From the NCBI GenBank assembly GCA_964057225.1, contig OZ059895.1, forward strand, positions 16,926,001-16,990,000: a stretch of DNA of 64,000 nucleotides, written 5' to 3'. Of the stretch, positions 52,101 through 64,000 are shown in pieces. The position numbers were made by a program, and so were the translations under genes. This stretch comes from Auanema rhodensis. Its lineage: Eukaryota > Animalia > Nematoda. Every line of letters starts with the position of its first letter. Position 1 is the first letter of the stretch. Under the pieces are notes generated by a model, which saw only the letters and a program-made list of their open reading frames with translations, was not told where the DNA came from and ran no database searches.

Positions 52101-55033
52101 TCAATATCTCCCTTCTCCTTTCTATATTCCATTCTCTTCGAAATATACTTTTGATTTTCGACTTCATGCTTTGCGTATCGGAATAGTGCCATCTTAGATT
52201 TGGTCAGTTCTATGGCATCAAGCCAAAGAAAAACAAGCTTAAGCTTCTTTATATTCAACCTTACATCTAAGATTCGGAAGATTTTTTCCGGAGTTTTTGG
52301 AAAAAAAAAGTTCGTGAGCCAATCTACAAACTTGAAAAAAAGCTTTAAATTGGCTTAATTGATGACAGATTTCAATAACTAAAGGGTCATTCTTCATGTT
52401 TAAACATCATGAACTCATTCAGATGGCTCATATGGCTATACTACGGCTTTAATGCTAGCCCTAGCAACCGTATAGAATGAAATCTCACTTTTCATCAATC
52501 TTACTTTACATGTCTAGCTGTCAATATGAACGAACTTTATTCTCTTTTTTTGAAAAAAAAACTGAAAGGAAAAGGATAGTAGTAGCCAGTTCTTGTTGAA
52601 CAGGAGATGTCTGCCATACATGCTTCTTGATATGTAATTTGTCGGTAAAGTTCAAAAGATGTTAACCGGTAGCCTATTAAGTTGCCGTTTATGATCCATT
52701 AATGTCGGTCACAAGTAACTCATATGCAACCTTATCAGAAGCTTATCATGGATGTAGGCACGCTTATATAGTTAACCCCCCAAATTATTATGATAATTAT
52801 AATAAAAATAAAGTCTCTGAAGAGATAGTTTGGGGGGAGAAGGGTTCTCAGACTAACTGACATCATGAAGATGCTGACAATGCTTTGCTGACGACATTGT
52901 TTTCTCATTAGGACTTTCCCCGTCCTTGAAGTTTGTCTGTGAAAACATGTTTGATGTAACATCGTACAATGGCCAATGACACACAGCAACAACGTAAAAA
53001 AGTGGATATGATGATTAGAAATATCCAAAACTGATATTTCTATTTCAAGTTCGCTATTCTGTGTTGACCCATTGGAATTGACCTCTCTCTCGCTCTCGGT
53101 CTCTCTCTCTCTCTCTCAAAGGACATCATTTTCAAATGGAAGTATTCCAATCTTTATACAAAGATGTTTGAACTGATGTTCCCAATATGTTGCTTGTATC
53201 ATTTAGCTGACTCATGTTTTCAGAGTTGGACATGAGGCTACGCAGCTTTGCAACAACGGCTAAAACGAGCCATTTGTGCAATCAGATACCGATAATTTGC
53301 TTTATAATTTCTTTATTATTCATGGTTTTTAGATAATCTTAAGCAAATGACAGCTCTTAAGAATAGTCTTTTGAATCTGGCTAGCCAAACATAACAAATG
53401 TCTTTTCTATCTTTTGATCCTCACTCCCTGAGGACTCGAACTGGCCATACTTGAATATGTTGGCGCTTTTACTAAACTATGTCTTCTTCTCCTTCATCTT
53501 ACAGCTTTTTCTGCCTGTTCTAGCATATGCATGCTCTCTTTGCTACTACTACTCCTGCTGCTGCTATTCCTGCTACAGCATCTTCATTCAACTAAATTTT
53601 AAAAAGCTCACTTCTTCATAGTCTCTATCTGTTTGAAGACAAAAAAGAAAGATTAAACGCCAATTTATCAGGATGAACATAGACTGAGGGCTGGAATGTG
53701 TTCACAACTTTTTGTCTTTTTTCCTTTTTTTTTTGGTTTCAAAAAATGTTTCAAAGTTTCGGAAGAAAGCTACAATAAGGGTTGTGGGTCAACGGGGAGG
53801 CTGAAAAGCTGAGCTAAGTAAAGAAGAACAATGACGTCTAAATCGAATTTGATCTGTGTTATGTCCTTAAAAACCATTTCTCATATTCAAAGAATAGTAA
53901 ATCGGAGGATTAATAAGGGAAGATGACCATCTGGCTGTATCCTGCGGTGATACATGTCAACTTCTCTAATCTATATCCGGTTGTTCCTCAAGTTGTCCAT
54001 TAAGCATTGTTCGTCAGTGGGTAGGTTTCTCTCTCTTTCTCTCTCTCTGTGTTAATTGTAAAATGAAAATGATGTGAGAATTTAATTTTCGAAGCTTAAT
54101 TCTCCTGTCTATCTCTCCTCTTCATACAATTTTCATAAATCCTTGATTTCTGCTTTCAGTTTGGATTGGAATGATCGACGATATTTGGATGGAGGCTCCT
54201 TCAACCCAATGGAACAGAATTCCCATGGACCAAGGTTAATCAGACAAAGAAAAATTGCATGGAAGCCATAAATGTCTTTGGATTGAACTGGGTGACGGGG
54301 TTAGAAAAAGGATGGCATACTTGAGCAGCATAAAAGATTGTTATACCATAATCAAGTGAAACAAACATATGTTTTGGGCCTATTTTTTGATTCGAAAATT
54401 AGCTTGGATAATGAGTTGTCATCAGCACAAATTAGGTCAGATGAGTGAAGCTGCGTGATGTGTCACGCCGTACTTGAGATCTAGCTAATAGTCAACAATA
54501 AAATTATTGTATTATCACACTACTAACATATGTTTGCGTAGTTTAGAACTAAATTTTTAAGTGTTTTGCTTCTTTTCTTCAAATTCGCCAGCTTTAATGA
54601 TAATGAGGAGCATGAGGAGGAGCTAAGAGGATGAAGAACACGACAGACGGAGAACTGCCAGGAAGAGCATTTCGACAGCCTGATGATGCCACACACATAC
54701 ACACACACATGTACATACAAGCATGATGAGTAAGATGATGTGCAGGAGGAGGAAGAGAATGAATTGGAGAGCAAACGACGTGAAAAGCACTAATCAATTT
54801 GCTTGTTTCCTCACTTGATCGTATTCTATGTATATGCTTCTGCTCTACATAATTTAGAATCTTTGGTCCTCAAGTGAAGCTTCTTGTCACTAGTCGGACC
54901 TTCTATTATTAAGGGAAATAATAGAATAAGTGCCATAAGTTCTTATATGGAAATCGTGTGCGCACATATACAACACGATAAACTGCCAGCATGCCAGATC
55001 TAACAACTATGAAGAGAGGGAGAGAAAGCGAGT

Positions 55034-55079
<46 letters not shown>

Positions 55080-56248
55080 GAAGAGAGTGCCCATCAATGT
55101 GAAGTTTTATATTAAATTGAGAAAAACATGCTGAAACCTTAAATTTGGATATTAATCTTTTTCTTATTAATTTTCAAATTTCAGAATTTTGCCAGGACCA
55201 TGGTCAGCATGTTCAGCAACATGTGGTCCAGGTGTCGAAAGTCGTGTAGCGGAATGTATGGCTGTACATCCAATCACAGCCAATCTTATCAAGTTGCCAA
55301 TGTCGGAATGTGCATGTAAGAAGCAGATGCGACGATTGACAGCTGACAGAAATAATTCATTTTTCAGCTCTACCACAGCCTGTCCTATTCCAACCTTGCG
55401 AAGTGCGAGCATGTCCTTTACAGGAGGATTCAAAGGTTTCAACTGATAATTCACCATTCAAATGGGAGCATGGAGAATGGACACAATGCTCGGCATCATG
55501 CTTAGGCGGTATGATAAGTCAATCACAGATTTAGCTAAGATGCCTTTTCAGGAAAGCAGAAAGCGGCTTTGAAATGCATAGCCACATCTAGTGGACGTCC
55601 TGTAGCCTGGTCACAATGTGATGCTCGCACAAGGCCTCCGGAGAAAGTTCGAGCTTGCAATCAACAAGCATGTCCACCCATGTGGCAGGTAAAGAATCAA
55701 TTCTCTGTAACTCCGCGTAATCACAATATTTCCAGTTGGGCTCTTTTGAAACTTGCTCAGCTACATGTGGAGGTGGTACCAGTTCTCGATCAGTTAAGTG
55801 TGTTCGGCCTGTTAGCAGAAGTGGAGGTGAGAGGAAGTTGATTGAGCAGTTAAGACGAATTCTGTTGTTCAGGTGCTGATGCTCATATCGTTCTCGCGGA
55901 TTCTGATTGTCCTCAGCCAAAGCCATCTGATGTTCAAGAATGCGCTAATTCAGCCTGTCCTCCAACTTGGATAGTAAGTGAAAGCATTTTTTTCGATAAT
56001 AGGTAATTTGGTTCTTCAGACTGGAGAATGGACTGAATGTTCAGCTTCATGCGGATCCGGCGAGCAACGTAGACGAGTATCCTGTGAAGGAAAGGATAGT
56101 CGAGGACGTCGTCAACGTCGAACAGAAAAAGAATGTCCTGGAGAAAAGCCAATATCAATTCAAATGTGTAGTTTGGGTATGTTATGAGTTCAAGTTGAAT
56201 GATTGAAAAAAAGCAGAATTATGACAAGCATTACTAAAAGAAAATAAA

Positions 56249-56297
<49 letters not shown>

Positions 56298-58806
56298 AAG
56301 AGAGAGAAAAAGGAAACGAGAGAAGAGAGAAATATGACAATTGAAAAAAAAGTTTTGGAAAATGCTGAAAATGGACCCAAAAACGACTTTTCCCCTGAGT
56401 CCGATTGTAAATCACTTTTTTAGGTTCGTGTGAAAAGCCACAATTATACAGCAATCGCGTTTTCGAACAAAATGCTTCAGAGAAGAAGCTTACACTTGGA
56501 ATCGGAGGAGTAGCCACATTATTCCAAGGTTCTATACCATATTCGTGAAGTTTTATGAAGCTTTTATGCATTTTATAGGAACCAGTATCAAGATAAAATG
56601 CCCTCGGAAGAACTTTGACAAGAAGCGCATTTATTGGACGAAGAATGGAAGAAAGATTCGCAATGATGCTCATATCAAGGTTTCATCAAACGGAAATCTG
56701 AGAATCTTCCATGCACGACTGGAAGATGCTGGAGTATATGAATGCTTTACCGATTCATTACAAGGAAATGTGACACTTCGATTCAAGTACCGTGATGAGA
56801 AGGAGCATCATCTATCACCATCTGAAATGATGCGCCCATCTACAGCCGGTGGTTCAGCTTCATCTCCTATTTCATCAGTTAATCATACCATGATAGAGGT
56901 AAGATAGATGAAAATGTCATGCATGCTTATCTCACTTAACCTTCTCCACCCCCAGTTTCAATCTTTAATTCTTGTTTCTTTGCTAAAAACTTGAGTTTTC
57001 AGCGTCTGCTATCTGCGACTGATACTTCCGAAATCAAAGACGAGTTACTGAAATATCGTGACGTAATCAAAGCCGAATGGAAGATTGGCCATTGGACGGA
57101 ATGCAAGCAATCTACCTGCTCTGTGGCCGGTTATCAAGCACGTGACATTCAATGTACTGTTGATGCTAGTGGAAGTCGCAAGACAACCGACGATAGCATC
57201 TGCATAGCTTTAATCTCAGCTCGACCCCCCGAAACACGTCCATGTCATCGTGAAAACTGTCCTCGGTGGGAAGCATCTGAATGGACAGAGGTACGTGCCA
57301 TTGATAATATACGTGAGAAAATAAAAGATTGAGAAGCATTACAAGAAGAAGAAAAGCATTAGTGTCTGTTAAACGAACTTGAAAACGTGGCCAAAACTAA
57401 TAATTGGTCATATATCAAACATACATGTGTCTTTAGTATCCAGTACCATGTCTTATCTCATTGAACTATTTCTTTCATCATCATCATCAACTTCTTGAGT
57501 GAATTCAAGTTAGTTCATAGTACAATGAGAAGATCAGCATCAGATTTACACTATAAATCACACACATACATACATACAAGCATATGTACATTTTCATTTT
57601 AATCTTTCTCTCTCTCATTTTCTTTTGTTGAATTTCAATTGAAATTCAAAGCCAACAATTTCTAAACGAAATAAGCTATGTAACCTGATTCATTGAAGAT
57701 ATCATATCATAGATAATGATATAGATAGATAGATAGATGAATAAAAAAAAAGAAGAAAATATATTATGTACTTTAACTTTATTAAATTTATTGTTTCAAG
57801 AAAATTAAACAAAACTTCATTTTTTAAGTGCGCCGTATCTAAGTGCCTTCGAGATGGTATGGCTCTTCAGAAGCGTAATGTTCAGTGTGTTTTGAATAAC
57901 GGAACTGAAGTTGATATTGAAAGATGTGATCGTACATCTAGACCAAAGACAAAGCGCGAATGTCAAAGTGGTAAGTTCATCATGATAGCTATAATCAATA
58001 TGGAATATAATTAGCATAATAATATTTACGTGAAGTTACGCGAATATACGTGAACTCATGACGTGATGCAAACCAGCTCATTTTCAATTTGTGTTTTCAT
58101 GAGAACTGGTTGCATTATTCCATATTACATTTGTATACAATACTCATCTTGTATTCATTTCAGCTGCTTGTAAAGCGGAATGGCGCACATCTGACTGGAG
58201 ACCATGTTCATCGACCTGCGGCACCGGTGGCGTTCAACTTCGAATGCTCTCTTGTGTTTGGTCTGTATCGGGCAAGCCGGCTGGCCGGAATTGCGAAGGA
58301 TCACGTCGACCATCAGCAGCACGTGCTTGTCCATTGCATGATCTTCCACCATGCTCTCCGGAAGCTTTAGCCTTACAACAAGGTAAGACTATATTGGACG
58401 ATTCAATTATTTTTGAATTATTTGAAGAGAAATGCTTTAATTTACATTTTTTAATTTGAATTAACCACAACTTGATAGTTTTCCGTTTAAAAGTTTTAAT
58501 GTTTTTATTATTCAATACCCGCATGAAACCTTTGCCTTGCAGATGAATCCTGTGATGATCAATCCCGGTATTGTGATATCATCAAGCTATTCCAATCGTA
58601 AGTTCTTCACCTTCTTTTCATAATTCAGCAGCTTATGCCGTTTTCCAATAGTTTTTGCCATTTTGTTATGTTTACATCAACAATTTGTTTTAATTTTTGT
58701 TTTAATAATCAAGTTAAAACTGTTTTCTTTTAGTTGCGACACCAAGGAGGTTCGAGAGCGATGCTGTGCCACTTGCCGTTATATGGAGACGAAACGTCGC
58801 TTCTAG
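45242..58806 (+). CDS. madd-4: MADD-4/Ce-Punctin long isoform (ADAMTS-like secreted synaptic organiser), 24 exons
   Basis: Exons 45242-45271, 45321-45389, 46311-46400, 46738-46809, 46894-47010, 47341-47452, 47500-47698, 48908-49046, 50119-50220, 50268-50401, 54160-54234, 55185-55315, 55368-55508, 55552-55688, 55736-55826, 55873-55973, 56020-56176, 56424-56528, 56579-56898, 57003-57290, 57829-57970, 58164-58382, 58543-58597, 58734-58806. Signal peptide, multiple TSP1 repeats (WxxWxxCSxxCG), ADAMTS Cys-rich FDACGVCGGRGDTC, Ig domain (GTSIKIKCP...EDAGVYECFTD) and a C-terminal PLAC domain. Long stretches match recalled C. elegans MADD-4. Confidence 0.95.
51008..58806 (+). CDS. madd-4: MADD-4 short isoform (MADD-4B/Punctin-S) from an internal first exon
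   Basis: Exon 51008-51060 encodes MKSTLIFLIFCSKLADS and ends TA|gtaagt (phase 2), joining the 54160 acceptor to give ...ADSY-LDWNDRRYLDG. A ttctcag acceptor lies 7 nt before the ATG. The entry point is the same as in C. elegans MADD-4B (signal peptide then LDWNDR). Confidence 0.8.
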
Positions 58807-59916
58807 TCGATTTCCACTTGTTACTTTCAACGATTTTTAGCTTGAAATCTTTATAATTTGAAGTTATTTTGTGGTTTTTTTAAAATCAAAACATGTGTTT
58901 AATTTATTGAAATTGTCTAGATTGCTGTATACGATATTTTGATTTTATGTTTGTTTCTCTTCCTTTATAACCTGGTCTACGACAGACATGTCATGACTGA
59001 TAATTCCAATTCACTTTCCATGCTTTATACTCTTTGTATTCAAGAACTTGTCAATTCAGATATCATTTATTGAATCATAGATGATCATTTTTTTCTAAAT
59101 ATTTTCAGTTTTTATATGTTTTCTACAGATATTAAGCTATGCTTTTCACGTAATAACTATACAAAACTGCTAGAAAGTTTCTTTTCTCTCACTATGAAAT
59201 CTCTTATTCACTCACTTTATCCTCTTATCCAATTAACAACAAATTATATATTTATTTTCTCTCTTTTCCAGTTTTTTTTTCCATTTTTTTTGTTTTAAGA
59301 AAGAAGATTTTTAAGCACTTTCTTACTCCTCTTCTCTTTCTCTACCCCACTCTCTCTCTCGCTCTCTCTCTTTCTCTCAGACACACACACTCAAACATTC
59401 TCATGTATATTATAAATTAATTTGTCGGTTTAAAATAAATATTTTGTACTTAATTTGTCTGAAAAATCAAAAAAATAAAAATCAACGAGATGTTAAACAA
59501 TTTTATTGGATTTTTCAATCTATCTTTTCTTCTTTTTTTTGATCGCAAATGACATTAAAGCTATTTAATACAGACAAATGATATGAAAAAGAAGAAAAAC
59601 ATATAAATGATACTTATATACATATAAATGACAAACAAAAATGACTATGTAAATGAAAAATGGCGTAGATAGCACTGCTTCGGGATGTCAAGGCTAAGGA
59701 CAACGTGGAGAAACGTCGAGGATGTTTTATTCTCCTAAAAATTTCGAACATAGAACTAGAAGATAGGGCAACAAAACGTTTTAAGACGTGAGATTGTCGT
59801 ATGCAATACTGGATCGAAAAAAAAGAACTCGTAAAGATAAATGAATATTTTTGGTTGACCGGTTCATAATCATAGAAATCTATATGATGGAATATATATG
59901 CTTGGTGGGCGTGTGA

Positions 59917-62047
59917 TTACTTTCGAATCAGACGAGCATAGATTGCAGCTATCACTGATGGCACAAGCTAAAAATAGGTAATTATAACAAAATTTATGGT
60001 TAATTTATTAAATAATATTGATAACTATGTATGTAATTGAATAGTATATGTTTCTGATGATGCTTACCTGAATAAAGCTGGCAAAAATTGCCATCCATGC
60101 TGCAACATGTACAACTTTGAGCAAATCATTTTGAAGAGGTTCATAGCATGTCGTAATATAGACAGCGGTCGGATTCGGTGATTGAATATCAGAAGCTAAG
60201 CAAGCTTCTTCGTGGTTAGGTACGCAACTGCAAGATGATGATGAAATATGTGTGTTGGTTGTATGTATTTCATAAATAAGGTTAAGTAAGAATATATGTA
60301 TGTATGTCATATCATAATGATTATATCTATGTACAACTGATTGAAATTACTTACCATGATAGGGGAAGAATCTTCTTTGGTTCTTGTTGATGCATATACC
60401 ATTTCGATGTTCTCCAGATTTGTAAATCGTCTGTTCCATTAACACCACAGCATTTGAACTGAAATAGTTAAAATAAATAATAAATGAAATTATGAGAATT
60501 GTATAAGAATACAGCCGTTCATAGTTGCGTGATAATATGAAATAAAGTACTTTGACGTGAAATCTTTACGTGAAACGGCAAAATTGAAGAATATTTGAAT
60601 TTACATATTTTCACGTATTATGTTAATATTTGAATAACTAATAAATTCATTTTTAACTTTAAAGCTTTCAACACAAGTTTTTAAACTCAAGATCAATGTA
60701 TATAGACAAGATGGAAATGTTTAGCAAACATTTCGTTTAAAATTTGGAAGCAGTTTGTTGTAAATGTTCTATTCTGCATACTATATGTTCCAAAAAGTTA
60801 TTGTTATTCTATTAATAAGATGAAACACTTTAAATCAGTCGGTATTATAGTAATCTGAAGTAGACGGATGGGAAGAGGAGAGAGAGAGAGAGTGAGAGAG
60901 AGAGAGTGAGAAAATGAATCAAAAAGTATGTGAAAGAAAGGAAAAACATTAGCAGAATAGATCAACGCAATAGAAATAGAATGAGAAATAAAAACTTTTT
61001 CAACATGTTCAATTACTTTTCTAACAGTTCAAGAATGTGTGCTGCAGCAACATCAACAGCAGCAATAGCAGCAGCAATATTTGCCGCCAGTTCACAGAAC
61101 AACAAAGCAAAAAAGCGTTGCTGCGACGAGAAAAAAAAAAGTATTTTTAGATGTGTATGCAAGGTGGTGTGTTAGGTGATGGCAAGCCTGGTCAGGATAG
61201 TTGAATAGCCAATTATGCGGTACTTAAGAGAGAACATGCATTTTGAACAAAAGAAATGTTAAATAAAAAACAAAAAAAAACAACAAAATAACAATAAAAG
61301 ATAATAAAAAATGAATTAGATTGAATTAGAAATAGAAATAAATTGAAAAACTGACGTTTGTTTGTAAGGAGTCCCATGCTGCTGTTACTTTTTCCATATC
61401 TTCCTGGCCGTACAGTTCGCGTGAAGAGGTAAGCATCTTGAGGTTCAATGGGATTTGCTTTGTTAACTGGAAAAACAATAGAAGATAAAATAGATAATTA
61501 CATTAAGTAGATCATAAAATACTGCTAATTGACATTTGCTTGAATGCGAATAAAAATTAAAAGTCTTTTGAGAGTGTGAATACGAAAAACATGTATAAGC
61601 TAAGTATGAACATGAGAAAATTCAATAACAAACCTGAGAACGGAATACGAAACCCATAATTCCACCAATAAATAACATGATAGCAATTACAAGTGATGCT
61701 ACAGCACACTGAAATGAATGTAAATTGAATGGAGGCAAAACGAAGATGCAGATATAATATGTAGGCTATGAGGTATAGCTGAATCTTAATTTAGCTTCTA
61801 AAAGCTTTTTCTTTTCTACCGTTAGATGAGAATAATTGATTATTTTGTGGTTACTGTCAAATAGAATTGTTGAATAGATAGTAAAGATGACAGAAAATAC
61901 TACGATTCTTAGTAGACAATAGAGAAAACAAGGAAATCCACATACTTTGCATGTAATATGTGAAAAGAGACACATATATGTTTGTAATATGAGAATTAAG
62001 AATAAGATAAAGAGAGATATAGAGAGAGATATATGAAAACAGAGAGA

Positions 62048-62112
<65 letters not shown>

Positions 62113-62525
62113 TATGAAGAAAACTCACCGAGTAGATTCCACATCGTAACTCCTTATGAATAGAATATATACATAAAAGCTGGTTTATGATTGCAATTGC
62201 TGATACAACTGCTAGAATTCTGGCCACATCAACATAAAGCGAAGGATCAAGAAGTTCGGCATATTGCCCACGAGATGCAGCCAGCCATGATCCATAAACA
62301 ATACAAGCTATGCAATATAACTGAAAGAAAGAAAAGAATGTTGGAATGAATAACTAGAACAATCATAACCTAATCATATCATATAGTTAATATTGATAAA
62401 TTAAAAAAAAAAATGCGAGAAAAGTAAATATAACAAACCATTGCAATGACACTAAGGGCAATAAAGGAAATTCGCAATGAGCGACCAACCGATCCATAGG
62501 CTGACCAACGACTGAATGTGCCCAT
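59917..62525 (-). CDS. tsp-15: Tetraspanin TSP-15 (BLI-3/DUOX-associated, cuticle), 7 exons, 259 aa
   Basis: Exons 62525-62439, 62320-62129, 61708-61634, 61466-61356, 60458-60355, 60227-60068, 59967-59917 (780 nt). Contains the CCG motif ([10 protein letters not shown]), [25 protein letters not shown] and the C-terminus RLIRK*, matching recalled TSP-15. Adjacent to madd-4 as in C. elegans (F53B6.1/F53B6.2). Confidence 0.93.
62041..62109. repeat. (AG)n microsatellite in tsp-15 intron 2
   Basis: ~69 nt GA run close to the splice donor at 62128. Confidence 0.95.
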
Positions 62526-64000
62526 GGCTCAACTATAAGACAAACTTTTGTAAAATAAACAATATTTTAAGAATAACAAGAGAAACAAAAAAAAAAGAAA
62601 TTTTTGAAAAAAAAATGAAAAATCTATTAAGACAACAGAAATCAATAGCCATATATACATATATATTGAAAAAGCAAGTTTGTGAACAAAGAAAATGAAA
62701 ATATTTCATGCCTGTTCATGTGATTAATGCCATGATTGGATGAAAACTGTCAGCATCTGAACGAATCAAAGTGCGGAAAAGGACATATAGATGAGGTAAA
62801 AAAGTCAAAACTGTATGAATCTATTATGGATTATATGAAGAAGAAGAAGAAGAAGAAGAAGAAGCAGAATGATTCTATAAGCTTTTAGGTTTGATCATAT
62901 GATATTGCTTCTGTCTACTTCTTCAACAACGATGCTCCTCAGCATTACTGATCACACCACTTCTTCAATAATGATGCTGGAGATGATGATAATGATGAAA
63001 CTCAAAATGATTTTAAAAAAAAAATACTTATAGTAATAGAATGAAACTTAAGTTGTTAGATAATTAGAATTATAGACACATTTGTAGAAAAAAATAACAA
63101 TAATTATAGAAATTAGCTGAAGAATTGGCTGAACAGACATCGTCACATACATTTCAAAATGTTCCGGATGGAGGATGAGTAATCAACATGCCTTTCATTT
63201 TATTATTTTTTTTTTTTGGAATTAGAGAAGCATCACATTTTTCAGTTCAATGATCAACAGAAGAACATACAGCCAGAATCAATAAAAATAACAGACTAAT
63301 CAACAAAAAGGAACATGAATTAGTTCTTTTTTCTTGTAAAAAAAACTAAGGAATTGCTTAGAAAAACATGATTCTCTCAAGTTTACCACAATCGATTTAA
63401 ATTGGAACGAAGGTCAATCAATGGACATTACGTAAAAGCGTGTTACGTAAATCTCCTTCCTTCTTTCCTTCCTTCAACACAGGCATGATTGGCGGAATTT
63501 GGATATCTTTCCTTAGATGACTAGCCCGTGAGACTGTGTATGTGTGTATGTGTGTATGTGTGTGTGTGTGGGTGTGGGTGTAAGTCTATGTAGCTACAAG
63601 AGGACATACAAGAGGTTTGATGTTGATGGTGCAGACAGTATGAATGATTATAATCTCCGAATGCGATGTCTGAACTGTAGACGAGAGTTCCTTTTATCTC
63701 GAACGTCTCTCTCTCACACACTCTCTTATAACTTCTTTTTCCGATTCTTCTGAATCTCAAACAGCTGTGTTCAGCATTGGCCGCGAACGACCACAGCTTC
63801 GATGCGAAGATCGTTCAGAAGTTTCCAAAGTTAATATTATGAGAAGAAAGGCGCTAAAAGTTCTAAGAGTGGGACAAAGGGCTATCCCCCTTCCCAACTC
63901 ATTCGTACTTTTAGAATTCTTCCAGTAGTAGTTAGACTCTTAGTCTTATCAAGTTTTACAGAGAAATACCAGTTATGAGATAACTGTTGATATACATATG

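Noticed and set aside
53428-53482. Minus-strand A-box/B-box-like pair (tagtttagtaa...gttcgagtcc)
   Set aside because: Spacing is too short and no cloverleaf can be drawn.
53531-53602. [23 protein letters not shown] as an alternative madd-4 signal-peptide exon
   Set aside because: It derives from (CTA/CTG)n repeats and reaches a stop with no splice donor; the 51008 exon fits far better.

Overview
Intron-rich, AT-rich, (AG/CT)n-microsatellite-dense eukaryotic DNA from a nematode, probably clade V/rhabditid (ttttcag acceptors, 40-50 nt minimal introns, proteins close to C. elegans orthologues); the species cannot be determined. Manual exon assembly gives seven protein-coding genes. (1) avr-14 glutamate-gated chloride channel (+), with six shared 5' coding exons and two complete alternative 3' channel modules (A and B). 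(2) A GPR158/179-like class C GPCR (+) with a 9.6 kb first intron. (3) rps-26 (-). (4) tmem-107 (+), only partly captured by the ORF track and preceded by tandem X-box-like sites. (5) dnj-12/DNAJA (-). (6) madd-4/Punctin (+), with long and internally initiated short isoforms. (7) tsp-15 tetraspanin (-). Almost all other ORF-track entries are microsatellite or low-complexity artefacts. No entirely new gene system is evident. The best leads are regulatory: a TGTC word strongly enriched in the avr-14A module but not B, a GC-AG intron in A where B has GT-AG, a candidate in-frame 51-nt cassette exon in avr-14, dispersed paired ACGTGAA motifs about one helical turn apart, a 19-bp motif shared upstream of rps-26 and dnj-12, and a very compact four-gene cluster with overlapping 3' ends. 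Gene names are from recall of C. elegans and human proteins, and all counts are by eye.
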